Part shown: positions 1 through 13,488 of the stretch, in pieces
Layout of the letters: each line of letters begins with the position of its first letter
Numbering within the stretch: the first letter of the stretch is position 1
NCBI GenBank assembly: GCA_964035545.1
Contig: OZ037771.1
Location: forward strand, 755,628 to 819,627
Reading direction: 5' to 3'
DNA length: 64,000 nt
DNA from: Bugula neritina
Taxonomy: Eukaryota > Animalia > Bryozoa
The notes under the pieces: generated by a model
Told to the model about the DNA's origin: nothing
Database searches by the model: none
Seen by the model: only the letters and a program-made list of their open reading frames with translations
Program-made: the position numbers and the translations under genes

Positions 1-22
1 ACTAGTTGCTGCTAACCCAAAC

Positions 23-655
23 CTACACTCAGTTGCTGACCATAAGTTGGAGTTATCTTAGCGTACACCCCGTCCACCTTCATCACCCCGTGAATCTGAT
101 ATCTGTCGTCTGAACTCAGCTTCAGGAAGTGGCGACTTGTGTCGCACATCACTCTGGGGCAATGAATTAGAATAGAATAAAACTACAGCAGCTCACCTCA
201 GTTTGATATATTTCTATTTATAATAAACTACTTCATGTAATAAAAAAGATAGATGGCTAATAAAAAATAGATGTTAAAGATTCAGGCATGAAATACAAAT
301 GTAGTTGATATGATCAAATATTCAATGTGTAAACATACAATTGCCAAGACATGAATCTGCAACGTCTATCATTATAATGGTTCAAAAAATTTTAATTTCA
401 AGATCACTAACATTTTGATCATTTTGCAGGTGTGAATATGAGTATAGAATCAATTGACACTGACTTAATTTGAGTATCTTGGTTGACTGAGGGATCGATG
501 GTGCCTAGAATAACACCTCCAGCCACCAGGCTTACGATATCTTCAGGGGGAAACTTCTCTGACATGACAGTGACATCACAGTTAGCGTACGTTTCCTGTA
601 TGCACACTGCTGTGCTCAGTCCTACTACCCCTGCTCCAATCACCACCACCTTCAT
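23..655 (-). CDS. D-amino-acid / D-aspartate oxidase family protein, 5' part (gene continues beyond window start)
   Basis: Exon 655-465 encodes MKVVVIGAGVVGLSTA (GxGxxG FAD-binding motif) ...VTVMSEKFPPEDIVSLVAGG, typical of the DAO/DDO N-terminus. Donor AA|GTCAGT at 464 joins in phase 2 to acceptor CCCCAG| at 153, giving KVMCDTSRHFLKLSS...GVMKVDG. The end of exon 2 (41 or 23) is uncertain. DAO cannot be distinguished from DDO. Confidence 0.85.
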
Positions 656-2106
656 TTTTACTAGCAGACTATAAAATCATTATTGTATTTTCAATCAACA
701 TTGTTCATGTAAACAGCAAACAACCAAAACAAATCAAATCAAAAACCATTGAGAATAATTTACTTTTTCAATACTGATTTGGAGCGCAAGTTTTAGTTGG
801 AAACAATTTGGATTTGAAATTTATGTATTTAATAATTCAACTTCATTTATTCAAATGAATTTGTTGCAATAAATGTAATTGAAAACCACTGTACCTCTCA
901 AGTTAACCCCAAATAACTTAATGAGTTAATGTTATCACCTCACTCTTCAAGTTTAGGTAATACTAATACTAATACTAATAGGTAATAGTATTAATATTAC
1001 CATTAGTATTACTATTAGACTTAGTATTAGTATAACTATACCAATCACTAATCACTAATCAGTAATTGAGTAATTGAAACTCAAACTAAAGGTGTAAATA
1101 AGTTTAAATGACCGAAGAGGTTGAATAATCATAATGTATGTGAAGACTCACAGAAAGTTTTTCCACTTTTTAGCTGTAGTTACACTTTATAACCTTTAGC
1201 AGTTTCAATCAAGATGATTCCAACAAGTGATCGATAAAATCACTATCAATTCAGGAGTGTTGCAGACTATGCAAGCCTGCAACAAGCGTGATATATTGCC
1301 CTTTAACCCTTTGTTTGCAGTAAAAACCTCTAGTTACACGCCCCTTTAAAGTTTTGCAAGAAAAGGCAACTCCGAATTAAATACACCTGCCTTATTGACG
1401 AAATACAAAGTAAAACAACTCCACAACACATATTTACTCGCCACGGATAAAGTGTGACTCGGAACATCTCTCACTGTTGTATGGAAAGCAATACCCTAAT
1501 TACAACAATAAGGACAGCACGTGGGCCGACTATAGTAATAGGGCCACTAATTAGACTATAACAATACAGTAGGTGATGGAATCACTATAATATTATACTT
1601 TTATTAGTAGACAAGCTGATGTGTTCCACAACACAAGCTCTTAATCTGCTAACAAAGCTATAACTTTATTATAAATGAGCAAAGTTATAAGACTTCAAAG
1701 ACAGGACATCAATAAAACATGATCTAATCATAAAGAGTGATTTAAAATTTAACAAATAACTAAACAAAGTTGTATCAAAATATTATTAAAAAAGTTGAAT
1801 TTTCAACAGTAAAAAATATAGCTGATTAAACGTTTGGTTAAAGCGGTAGGTATAATCATAGTAGAATTACCTATCATAAGTTATCACAAGTTAAGTAACA
1901 AACTTAACAAATAATGGCAGCAATTATTCTATAAAAGAACAAAACTACAGTCTAGTCTAACAACGGCGGATTACATGAATCAGGAAAATATAATTCTAGT
2001 TAATAATTAGCGTAGAAACGACAGTAGCGATGTGAATGATTGGCGACAATCTGCTTATGAATGAAGAAATCAAGAACTCCTATTTTCTTATTGTGAATTG
2101 TTGTGT

Positions 2107-4680
2107 TTATTTCACTTTTTTAGAGCTGTTGGCTTTGCTTGCCGCCCTCTCTGCGTATATCATTTCTGTGAACCTCCTAAAACACAGGTATATATACTAA
2201 CACAGGTATATATACTAATACAGGTATATAATAACACAGGTATATACTAACACAGGTATATATACTAACACAGGTATATACTAACACAGGTGTATATACT
2301 AACACAGGTGTATACTAACACAGGTATATATACTAACACAGGTAATGTATATACTAACACAGGTGTATATACTAACACAGGTGTATATACTAACACAGGT
2401 GTATATACTAACACAGGTATATATACTAACACAGGTATATATACTAACACAGGTATATATACTAACACAGGTATATAGTAATACAGGTATATATACTAAC
2501 ACAGGTATATATACTAACACAGATGTATATACTAATACAGGTATATATACTAACACAGGTATATACTAACACAGATGTATTTACTAATACAGGTAATGTA
2601 TATACTAACACAGGTATATATACTAACACAGGTAATGTATATACTAACACAGGTATATACTAACACAGGTATATACTAACACAGGTATATATACTAACAC
2701 AGGTATATATACTAACACAGGTATATATACTAACACAGGTATACAATGTAGACAAGACAACAACACTAAGACGTACCCTTCTAGGCCTTCATTCACTACG
2801 TACACCAGGAGCAGGACACAGAATAGTAGAGCACCAACAATAGACCTATTCCTGTAACAATAATTACATGACCAATACACTAAGGCCATATATGGAGATC
2901 AGACTTTAAAGCTATATAGTAACAGTATTCATATAACTGTAGAAATGACATTTATTAACTAAAACTGATGTAGAATAGCTTTGCTCAGCTTTGTTATCTG
3001 CATTTCACTGTTGAGCTAGCAGACATGTGAAGAACACAGGCTAAGAAGTAGAAACACACCCTAGAATATAAGCGATGTAGTTTATTTTGGAGCCAGTGTA
3101 CATCGGATGGTCACAAACATCAAATGGAAATCCTGTCAGCTTTTCTGAGAAGAGAATTCCAAAATGATCTCCTACAAAGATAAGGCTGTATTAAACCTGT
3201 GAGTGAGAAGACATCAGTGTGAAAGAGAAAGGATTATCAAGTGAATACAAGTAATTAAATCACTACAATCCAATGTGAAGTGACAGAGTAATACGAGACT
3301 AGTGAGAGTTGCCTCACCAATAGCAAAACTACATGTAAAGGTGGATGCATGCTAGCAACAAGTTGAAATGCCATAGCGACTTTCATGCTGGGTTTAATTG
3401 GAAGTTGGCGGAGCCTTTCCAAACATTAAAAAATTATATGGAGTAAAATTAGTTGGTGGAGTGTAGTTATAGTAATAGTGTGTGGCATGGTAACAGTAGA
3501 GTATGATAGTGTGGCGTGGTAACAGTAGTGTATGATAGTGTGGCGTGGTAACAGTAGCATATGATAGTGTGGCGTGGTAACACCGACCGTGCCAGAGGCC
3601 GATCCACCCAAGCCGGTAGCTGCTACTCAACACAAGGGTAGTTCCTATCAGCCATAGCCCAGTTTCCAGGTACTCCAAGTACTCATTGAAGGGGGTCTCT
3701 ATCCGCGGGTGGGCTGTCACTATTTTAGTAAAACTAAAATATATGAAAATAAGCAGAACGCTAGCAACTAGTTCAGATATGCTGAGTATTGGCATGGAAT
3801 ATTCTGGAACATTTGCTGTCTGTTTCTAGCATGGAGATGAGAGGGTGTAGGCATCAGCTTGTAGTATCAAATATGTACAGATAGGAAATTAATATATCAT
3901 GAACATAGTATACATGAGTCATCAGGGAGAGTCAAGTCATCTGGGAGAGTTAAGTCATCTGGGAGAGTCATGTCATCTGGGAGAGTCAAGTCAGCAGGGA
4001 GAGTCAAGTCAGTAGGGAGTCAAGTCAGTAGAGAGTCAAGTCAGTAGAGAGTCAAGTCAGTAGAGAGTCAAGTCAGTAGAGAGTCAAGTCAGTAGAGAGT
4101 CAAGTCAGCAGAGAGTCAAGTCAGTAGGGAGAGAGACTTACCAGATGAACCTAAAGATGGTGATGAAGAGAAACTGGGGGATACTCAGGGCTACACAAGC
4201 CAACTCGGGAGATCCAAACAACTTTGTCAGAAATCTTGTCCGGTGCTCCGTCCGCAAAATCTAAAGCAAACCAAAATAATTATAGCTTTTTTAGTAACAC
4301 TAGAGTGCTACTGGAGTGATACTAGAGTGCTACTGGAGTGCTACTGGAGTGATACTAGAGTGCTACTGGAGTGCTACTGGAGTGGTAGTAGAGTGCTACT
4401 GGAGTGATACTGGAGTGATAGTAGAGTGCTACTGGAGTGATACTGGAGTGATACTAGAGTGATACCGGAGTCTAGTAGTGATACTGGAGTGATACTAGAG
4501 TGATAGTAGAGTGATACTGGAGTGATACTAGAGTAAAACTACACTTACAACATTGAAGAAGACTGGGGCCCATACTAAAACAAGGAAAATGTGTATGTTG
4601 GTGTCGTATATGTTCACATATGTGTACAATTCTTCAAATGATGTGGGATAACTCCAATTGCTAGCATTCACCTCTGCCAT
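2107..4680 (-). CDS. PEMT: PEMT/Opi3-type phospholipid N-methyltransferase, paralogue A (6 coding exons)
   Basis: Exons 4680-4549, 4260-4142, 3733-3588, 3171-3060, 2851-2777, 2176-2107; all GT-AG and phase-consistent. Protein: ...[30 protein letters not shown]...CFTK...[23 protein letters not shown]...TGFPFDVCDHPMYTGS...LEGRFTEMIYA...KKVK*. Collinear with human PEMT as recalled ([43 protein letters not shown]; EPFT). C-terminal KKxx ER-retrieval motif. Confidence 0.92.
2181..2742. repeat. Minisatellite, ~18-nt unit, filling PEMT-A intron 5
   Basis: TAACACAGGTATATATAC, about 30 copies, running into the acceptor. Confidence 0.95.
3465..3583. repeat. Minisatellite, 30-nt unit, ~4 copies
   Basis: ATGATAGTGTGGCGTGGTAACAGTAG-type unit abutting the PEMT-A exon 3 donor. 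Confidence 0.9.
3916..4130. repeat. Minisatellite, 16-17-nt unit
   Basis: GAGAGTCAAGTCAGTA repeats next to the PEMT-A exon 2 donor. Confidence 0.9.
4298..4533. repeat. Minisatellite, 11-nt unit
   Basis: GAGTG(A/C)TACT(A/G) repeats in PEMT-A coding intron 1. Confidence 0.9.
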
Positions 4681-4849
4681 TTTATATACTGTATCTAAAG
4701 CAGAAAAAAGTGACTGCAAGCAAGTCTTCGAGTAAATATAGATACATCTTAATTGAAATATACAAATACAGTTAATTTCACAGCATTTGAGTACTCTCTA
4801 ATGTGTTGTGTTTTACTGTTAGGTTTCAAGTGTTACACAATTTCCTTCA

Positions 4850-5181
4850 GGAGAGTATAACTAATAGGTAGTACAGCTAGGAGAGTATAACTAATAGGTA
4901 GTACAACTAGGAGAGTACAACTAATAGGTAGTACAACTAGGAGAGTATAGCTAATAGGTAGTACAACTAGGAGAGTATAACTAATAGGTAGTACAACTAG
5001 GAGAGTATAACTAATAGGTAGTACAACTAGGAGAGTATAACTAATAGGTAGTACAACTAGGAGAGTATAACTAATAGGTAGTACAACTAGGAGAGTATAA
5101 CTAATAGGTAGTACAACTAGGAGAGTATAACTAATAGGTAGTACAACTAGGAGAGTATAACTAATAGGTAGTACAACTAGG
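4850..5181. repeat. Minisatellite, 30-nt unit, ~11 copies
   Basis: GAGAGTATAACTAATAGGTAGTACAACTAG. Confidence 0.95.
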
Positions 5182-5707
5182 AAAAAAGGCCAAAAATATT
5201 GATTTTCGAAGCAGCTTTAGTTTATCTTATTAGAAATAAAGAACTGAAACAGGATTTGAGAATCTTTTAGACAAATTTCAGAGTGATGATTATTTTGAAA
5301 TTTAAGCTAGGTTTTACATTAGGCATTCTAGTTTTTCAGACTTCAAAAGTAAATCAAAAATATAGCCACACAAGTTTATGCTTTTTTATGATTGAATGTT
5401 ATTAAAACACATGATAGATACAAATAGTAGGTTGGTAACTTATAAATATATCTACAGAAGGCCACAAAACCTCCAATTAAAAAGTTAGCAAGTAATGGCT
5501 ATAAAGTTCAAAGTTCACTCCCTTACACCGTGTGTTGGTTAAATGACCTGAAATGTACATGCTCACAACCACATAGAATGCTGTTATCTTGATGTTACGC
5601 TTATCAGACAGTGGCTTGTTGTTGGGTGAAGCCAGCATTGCACATTTTGGGAGAATGATTTTTGATGTGGAAAATAACAATTATTATCAGCTGCAAACCC
5701 CCTGATT

Positions 5708-5720
5708 AGTTCAAAGGTCA
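5708..5720 (+). promoter_or_regulatory. Candidate DR1 nuclear-receptor element upstream of PEMT-A
   Basis: AGTTCA-A-AGGTCA matches the DR1 consensus, about 1 kb from the PEMT-A ATG. Function untested. Confidence 0.3.
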
Positions 5721-6681
5721 ACGGCTCTAGGAAGAGAGTAGTTGTAGTGATAGTAGCTGGAGCTTTTCAGTCACTATGTAAACAACGAGGGTGTGCATGT
5801 AAAATAAGCTACTTCATCAACAGTGAAGTGTGATAGTGAATTATATAGAAAGTGAAGTACCTATGTTACACTACAGAATGTAGTGAATTACAAAACCTAT
5901 ATGTAATTTATTTTATATATTATTTCATTACTAAAGAGACACAAACTAGTAGAGCTTGAAACACCGGACTGCAGATGTGGTCAATAGTCCACAAAAGATG
6001 ACCATTGTTTGTGTAACACAATGCAAACAACAATGTGTACCCTTGTACCGGTAAGAATACAATATTTAGTTGTTGCCCTGTAGGTCAACTGATACTCTAT
6101 AGTCTATGCATGAGTAGGCAGTATGGGCTACACAGTATGGTGTACAAAACCTTTGGCCACATGTTTAGCTCTTAAAAAAAGAATTAATTAAAAACTGAAT
6201 AACCAGTATGCATCTTTGAGATTGACCACAGATGTGCATGGTGTGAATTTGTCCCTAATGAAAAGAGAACAACTCCTAGGAGACAGGCAATATTACTTGT
6301 TTATGCTGTCCAGCAGCAATAACTTGAAAATTACCATGATTTGACATAATTCAAAAACACAAATGTATGTTTTTTTAATTTTGAAGTCTATTGTGAAAAA
6401 TAGCTGTCACTTTTGACAAATTTTATACTCAACAGAAGCTAAAACTAAAAAAGGTTTAAAATAACAAATAGTAGTTTTATTGTTTCAGCTTCTTGTATGA
6501 GTTTTAGATCTGATGCATAGGAAACAAACTTTTACCAACCATTAGAAACTATTGGAAGATTACATTATCTTACTACTTATACACCTGTTCAACCAGAAAA
6601 TCCACCAACACCAATTTTCTGGTTATCTACTTGATATTGTTTAAAAGGCACTAGGCAGTAATTTGAAAATGTGTGACTTAA

Positions 6682-7453
6682 AGGATTGCTCTATCTTGTC
6701 TAATAAATGGCCATTTAGGTCAAACACACATAATATTGTGTTTTTCTAAGCATGCATTGACAAAAAGCATTTGACCAAAGGTAGAAAAAGTTAGTTGAAG
6801 TTGAGGGTGTAGATTGGTAACAGCCAAAACGCCGATTTTGAAATGAGCTGGGAACTGTGACGTAACAGCGCCAGCATTCCTGCTGGTCACGTGACTATAC
6901 AAATGAATAACTATTATAGAAATATGACTGTGAGATGTAATCTTTCAGCTCGTAATTTGTATATTTATAGAAGTGCAAATGTGAATTCTCTTAATCTATA
7001 GTTTTTTGACATTTTAAATAACATGTATGTAATAACATTAGGCTATATTTTGCTTGTAACCATTAGAAAAAAGCATTGCAAAAGCATGCATTCTTTAGGA
7101 TGAATGCCTGCGATCGATCTAAACTAGGTCAGATTGTGCAATATTACGGGCGCACCAAAGTTGACCTACATAGCGCACTGTAACTGCTTGAGCGTTATTG
7201 GTTGATATTGTGCTCAGCAACCTTGAATACTAGCGTTATAGTTAGCACGTGCAGCATAGTTACTGGCGTTCACACGTCACGTATTAGGCTATTCTTTTTC
7301 ATGGCTGAAAATTTTACCTCCCTCAAAATTGGAATTTTGAAAAGCTGTTTTCTAGGCACATATCCCTTTGCAAAGTCACAATTGTTTGCATACACATTAA
7401 ATTATAGTTCATAATTATAATGTGATTGTAATAAACTAAGATTGAGCAATCCT
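6682..7453. mobile_element. Non-autonomous DNA transposon (Kolobok-like MITE), 772 bp
   Basis: Terminal inverted repeats AGGATTGCTC(T/A)ATCTT at 6682 and ending at 7453, flanked by TTAA on both sides (6678-6681, 7454-7457). AG..CT termini with a TTAA duplication fit Kolobok. No transposase ORF. Confidence 0.75.
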
Positions 7454-9811
7454 TTAAAAATTTAGTAGTTATTCTAAGTTTTAGAATAAACTGACTTTTA
7501 CACTGAATATTACAAGGATATGCATTTAACAATACATGAACATGCATTGAGTAAATAACAAAAAATGCCTTACTTTTCAGTTTAATATCAAGTATTTTAA
7601 TTATTAGTGCTTCTCACAGTCATACTTACAGATTAACTTATACTGTTGTCTGCTTAGACTTATAAATATATAAAACATAAGGCTAGTAGTTAAATACTCA
7701 TAATGATTAATTATTATTACTCTTTCAAACACTCTAAAACTTGAAGTAGAGAGATTGTTGGTAAACCCAATCACTAAAACTAAAAGTGAATGAGTTTAAG
7801 TTAGTATTAGTAATACTGCTGCTAGTAGTGATTATAACTTATAGTTATACTTATAGACACAAAATCAAAGCCAAAAGAGAATATAAGGACTAATGGTATA
7901 AGACTTACTCTAAGTAATATGTCAAACTCAATATGAATGTTATAGTCTATAAAAGTAGAAGTATAACTATGAGTATCAGTTTTTACAAACTTACTTTTAG
8001 ACTTTCACTTTAGTACAGATTCAGATAATAAATATTATACTTAGCCTATATTTATTATTAAGTTTAATATACTTATAGTATTAGTTACACTTTGACTTAC
8101 TTGCTGTGGTTATACTATAACTATAAGTATAAGTATTTAATACTAATACTAATAGTAATATTAATAGTAATAGTAATGATAATACAAATTCAAATTGAAA
8201 TAGTAATCGTCTTACAGTATGAGTAACACTTGCACTGCTGAGACTAAGAGCATCAATAAATGAATAATTATTGCAACTGATATAACTTTATGTATTAAAT
8301 ATAATTATAATATACTATAAGTTATACTAGGTGTATATGTATAATTATATTTATTAGATGTGTTGATGCTCAATCTTATACTTAGTCTTATACTATAGCA
8401 ACAGTTTTAAGCTGCAAAGAATAACACATTGACATAGTCATATGTTTGCAACTATACTTATACAATACTGATACCCATACTTGTACTAATAACTATTTAT
8501 ATTACTAAATCTAATACTTAATACTAATAGTAATAGCAATAGTAACACTTATACTAAGACTAAGAGTAAGTCTAATAGTAGATGTAATACTATGGCTGTG
8601 ATTGTCATTGTGGTATTCGACTTCTTGCCGGTATTTCAATTTCAATTTCAATGTGAGCTTAAACTTAAACTTAGATCTTAAAAAAGCATATTGATATCTA
8701 TCTAGATTCTTAGTTACTTAAAATATAATGTCTATGAATGAGTCAATATTCAACGAAGCAAGGTACACTAGTGTTACAAATTATCTGTGACTACCAGCTA
8801 AACTGTGTATCTGATAACTAGGGTTGATGGCACGTGTCTTTCAAATTAAATCAAATGGTTAACCAATCATAAAAATATTATTTGTATCCCAAAATACAAT
8901 TATCATTCTGACTTTTACGGAGTTGTTTTCTCGCTGTGTTTTGAGTGCATTATATAATTTCTAATAAAATATATAGAATTTACGCGCTGGAGCACAAGCA
9001 ATAGTGGTAAAATTACAAAAATAGATTGAAATATAGATGTGGCGGGTACCTACACCCCCACCCCAACATACAATGGCAAAGACAGTAGGATGTCTCCTAT
9101 ATCTTTTGTCATAATATTATATATTTATAATTATGTTATGTGAAGCATAATATAGTCTACACTTGGGCCCTATGATTTTATACCTATATTCAGTATTAGG
9201 GCATGTCAAAGTAAGTACAACTGTTAGCATTTATGCACCTTGCAGCATTTAACTTACCAAGCTGATGCACATTGCATGTTGTTATTTGTTTGCCCTACCA
9301 TATTAGCTGTGGGGATTTTCCACTTCTTAAAGACATTTTGTAAGTGAAATATCATATGGTTGCCGGGTACATGCTCTGTCCAGCAGGCACACATGCAGTG
9401 ACCTGCCAGTACATGCCATGCCCCGCCAGTTTGTTCTGACAAGAATGTTGGTGACATCCAAGCTATGCATGTAGAAACATTCCCATATATTCCACATTAC
9501 ATAACTCATGATTAGAGATAAGAAACTTCTGTGTGCATTGATCACTGTGACCAAATGCTATCAACGTCTTATTCAGCAATTACCATATCTATAAGATTAT
9601 ATGGCTGAATTATATTTTGGTGTATAAAATATTTTGCTAGCAACATGCGTGAGTTAATGGAATAATATATTGAGCAGCTGGTCTTCGAGTCTTAATTCGT
9701 TGCAACCTATAGCAATCATATAAGTGTAATATAGTAAAATAATATATATTTGCAGTATAACATTAGTAATATAAGCTTTTAGTATAAATTGCTTGCATAA
9801 TTGCATTGCAG

Positions 9812-9923
<112 letters not shown>

Positions 9924-10460
9924 TAACTGCATTATATTAATATATTGTTATTTATATATTATGTTGTCCAACTGGATTATATTGCAAGACGATTCAACTA
10001 TAACAATTTGTCTTTGCCTTGATATTAAAGCTAAAAGTATGAAGTTGAAGCTAAGCACTGTATTACCAAATAGTTACTGTGTACCACACTCTATCAAGTA
10101 GAGCTGACGCATCAGCTGAATGAACTGAACATTTAGCAGACAAGGAATTATAGTTGCAGTTGAAAATAGAATAAGCAATAAAGAGTAAGAAAGTTCTTGT
10201 AGCAAATATCACTTAAATTTATTAACAAACTAAACATTCATCGGTGTAAAGGACTAAAAAATTTTACAAAGCTGATTCAAGCCTTAAACTGAGATCAAAA
10301 CTTACATTAAAATTACTGATATTAAATTAGATCATTGTGGAGGAATCATTAGCACGATTTAATACATGGCACATGATAATCTAAAAGCCTTTTGAAAATG
10401 AAATAAAAACATGTCACAGCTGATGTGCTGAAAGCATATACTGCATACGGTGTGATGCAT

Positions 10461-10624
10461 TGTAATACATAGCAACACAGTGTAATACGATGTCATATAT
10501 TGTAATACATAGCAACACAGTGTAATACGATGTCATACAGTGTAATACATAGCAACACAGTGTAATACGATGTCATACAGTGTAATACATAGCAACACAG
10601 TGTAATACGATGTTATACAGTGTA
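10461..10624. repeat. Minisatellite, 40-nt unit (two 20-nt halves), ~4 copies, just 3' of the PEMT-B stop
   Basis: TGTAATACATAGCAACACAGTGTAATACGATGTCATACAG. Confidence 0.9.
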
Positions 10625-10644
10625 GCCAATGTTCCAGACTTCTT

Positions 10645-12791
10645 TTACTTTGATTTCTTCTGCTTTCGAGCAGCTTCTGCGTAAATCATCTCGGTGAAAG
10701 GACTGAAAAGAAAGGCACGTCACATCATCACAACGTGGTTGGATAAGACAGTCTTGTAAATTAATACCCAAATACTAGTAACTGGTCAAAATACTGCAAA
10801 TGTTCCGCCATTTCTTACTTAAAGTAGAAATACGAACCCCTCAACTAGCTCTGCGCCAAAATAGATGAATCGCACCCACAAGGTGAGCAGGAGTCCAACT
10901 ATACTTCGGGTTCTACAATCAATGTGATAATAAATATACTGAGTTGACTGGAGTCATCCACTCTCTAATATACATGCAGCTGTGACTAACAAGTTTCAGC
11001 TGTTAGCGCTGAGATGGTCAAGTAAGCTGCACAATACTGAGATGGCTACTACTTCTAAACACTAGAGTGGCCACTAGAAAATAATTACCCAACAGCATGA
11101 CCGAGGAAGATAATTTCTGCTCCATCATACATCGGGTGATTCATAACACTGAAGGGGAAGCCAGTGACCTTCTCAGGGAGCAGTATTCCAAAGTGGTCTC
11201 CTGGTTACAGGAAATATAAACAGAAAATAGAAGTGAACTGTACAAGTAGAGGTATAATAATACATGCTGATTAAAGCTTGGGTTAAATTCACAACAGAAT
11301 ATTTATTATTAATCCAAAACATAATCAGGCACGCATTGCATTAGAACACAGTATTTTGTCTCACCATGCCAAGTACCAAACCAGCCGAGTCTCATGAAAG
11401 AGGTAACAACAAGCAGTGCACCAACAGCCACTATACCATACTCCAATATAACTAACACGTCATTAAATGGTGTCTCCATTTGCTTTTGGACCTCCATAGT
11501 TTCTTTTATACTAAAAACAAATATTATATAAAATCCAGAGATAATGACCAAAGGTATTTGCTTATCTCACCAAACTGAACTTTGTATGTTGAATGTTCAT
11601 GCAATGGAATGGTTGCACAGTATCACAATATGATCAGATCGAAAACATTGATGTGCAAGTTGTTATAATGTAATCAATGAGCTCTACAAGACATCTGTAA
11701 AACTTACTAATAGTTCCGTAGATTTGATGAAATGATTTGTATAAGACTTAGAGAAAAACATGCTAGCTTAGGTGAACCAAAGGCTTTACTGAATATTCTA
11801 GTATTGTATTCCCATCTGCATATCTGTAAAACAAGATGAGAGTTGGACAGGGCCATAGTAAAAATTCAGCTAATGAAATTAAATGCTCAAGTATTGACTT
11901 GAAAACTGTAGGTTAATAATAGTATTAGTATTTTATAATAGTAGTGTAATATCAAAGGATAAGAGTAACACTTATTTATAACTCGTCACAAATAAATGGC
12001 CAGAGATCTGGTAGCTTTAATGTCCCCTTTTGACTTTAGTACTCTAATTTAACAAAAGTTAGCAAGAACAAGACCCTAACTCAAGCGGCTAGATCTAGTA
12101 TTTATCATTATGTACTTATACTTACAGTCTACATATTGAAGTTATTTTAAATTATATTTGAATATAATTGTGCGATATATATTATAACACCAACTCTAAA
12201 TATAAGATTTACAGCCATGGCCATCAGACAGTGAATGTGATAAGTCTCACCATCATCATCATCTTGATGATATGTCAAGTATTATAATTGCAACTAATAA
12301 CGACATAATGACAATAATAACGTAGAATGTAGATTAAGACTATCATATCCATTGTGATTATTAAATAATGATAATGTAGATTATAATCAATAATCATAAT
12401 AAGTAACTATAAGTATAAGTATAAATTAAAATATAATCAATAATCATCATGAACAATTTTAATCATAAAATCATAATGATAATTATGATCAATGGCAACA
12501 AGTACAACCATTCTGATTCTTAATCTCAAACTAAAAGTAGAACTCAACATTAATCTAATAGTAATTCTATGAATATGACAATCTGAATCACTATCAGTAT
12601 CAGTATCACTATGAATATGAGTATCAGTATGAGTATCAGTATGAGTTATGACTTACAACATTCCAGAAAAATGGTGTCCAAAAAGTAAAGAAGACAGCTA
12701 GCCAAAATGTTTTGTCTTTCAAATCAAGATAAGCATATAAGTCATCAAATGACTGAGGATAAGACCATGCTGATTGTTCGTGAGTCTCCAT
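10645..12791 (-). CDS. PEMT: PEMT/Opi3-type phospholipid N-methyltransferase, paralogue B (6 coding exons)
   Basis: Exons 12791-12657, 11823-11708, 11510-11365, 11200-11089, 10912-10838, 10702-10645. METHEQSAWSYPQSF...[31 protein letters not shown]...[36 protein letters not shown]...VEGPFTEMIYA...KKSK*. Same intron phases as paralogues A and C. Confidence 0.93.
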
Positions 12792-12899
12792 GTTGGTTTC
12801 ACTTAAATTTTAGCTATCACTTGTCAGCGGCCATCAACAATAGTAATGCTTCGCACTCAAGCCCGGGATGACCGCGATGGGTCACGCCCATCTCTATTA

Positions 12900-12908
12900 T
12901 GACCTTGA
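12900..12908 (-). promoter_or_regulatory. Candidate ERR/FTZ-F1 (NR5A) extended half-site in the PEMT-B proximal promoter
   Basis: TCAAGGTCA on the minus strand about 110 bp upstream of the ATG, inside a GC-rich patch that also holds TGACC and GGGTCA half-sites. Confidence 0.3.
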
Positions 12909-13488
12909 ACGGGCATTTTAGATGCGAGTGTGCAATGATAGTAATACTTCATATAAAATAGTTTTGGTATATTTTTCTGTAATATGTGCAAATATGTATT
13001 ATTTGATTAAACTAAATCTTTTCTACATTTAAAGCAATTCTTGTTATCTATTATTCTTGTAAGCTGGTGAAGTACAATATACAGAAAACTGTATAACTAA
13101 ATATCTGTATATAATCTACTCTTAACTAACATTATATTTTTATAAACTCAACAGAAATGCAGATACAAACGATAGCTACAAATGAAACTAACTACTAAAT
13201 CACTGTTAAGCATTAACTTTGGTCATACAACATGTAAATGTGTAAATAAAATAACTGTTTAAAAGTGATGCTACTATAAAAATACTCTGTATACAGAATT
13301 AAGACCTAACCCCAAAATTAGATAACATTTATAATTCATAAAGAGAAAATATAAAGTCATGTATGCTTTGAAATATCATTGCTTCTAGCCAAGCTAAGTG
13401 AATGAGCTGAGGTGGCATTGTCAGCATGAAATGATTGCCAGCTAGGGCTGTGATTGGCTGGTGGGTGGCTGTTTGACGCTGTGATTGG

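Noticed and set aside
6886-6895. GTCACGTGAC as a native gene-promoter CLEAR element
   Set aside because: It lies within the MITE, so it is transposon-borne unless function is shown.
9254-9554. Possible hAT/ZBED transposase remnant (..HLQNVFKKWKIP..)
   Set aside because: Only a vague resemblance, with no catalytic motifs or TIRs; a tBLASTn/HMM hit would be needed.
10691-10845. EG instead of EE in the PEMT C-terminal motif as evidence of lost SAM binding
   Set aside because: I recall EGPFT occurring in non-mammalian PEMTs, so it is not diagnostic by itself.
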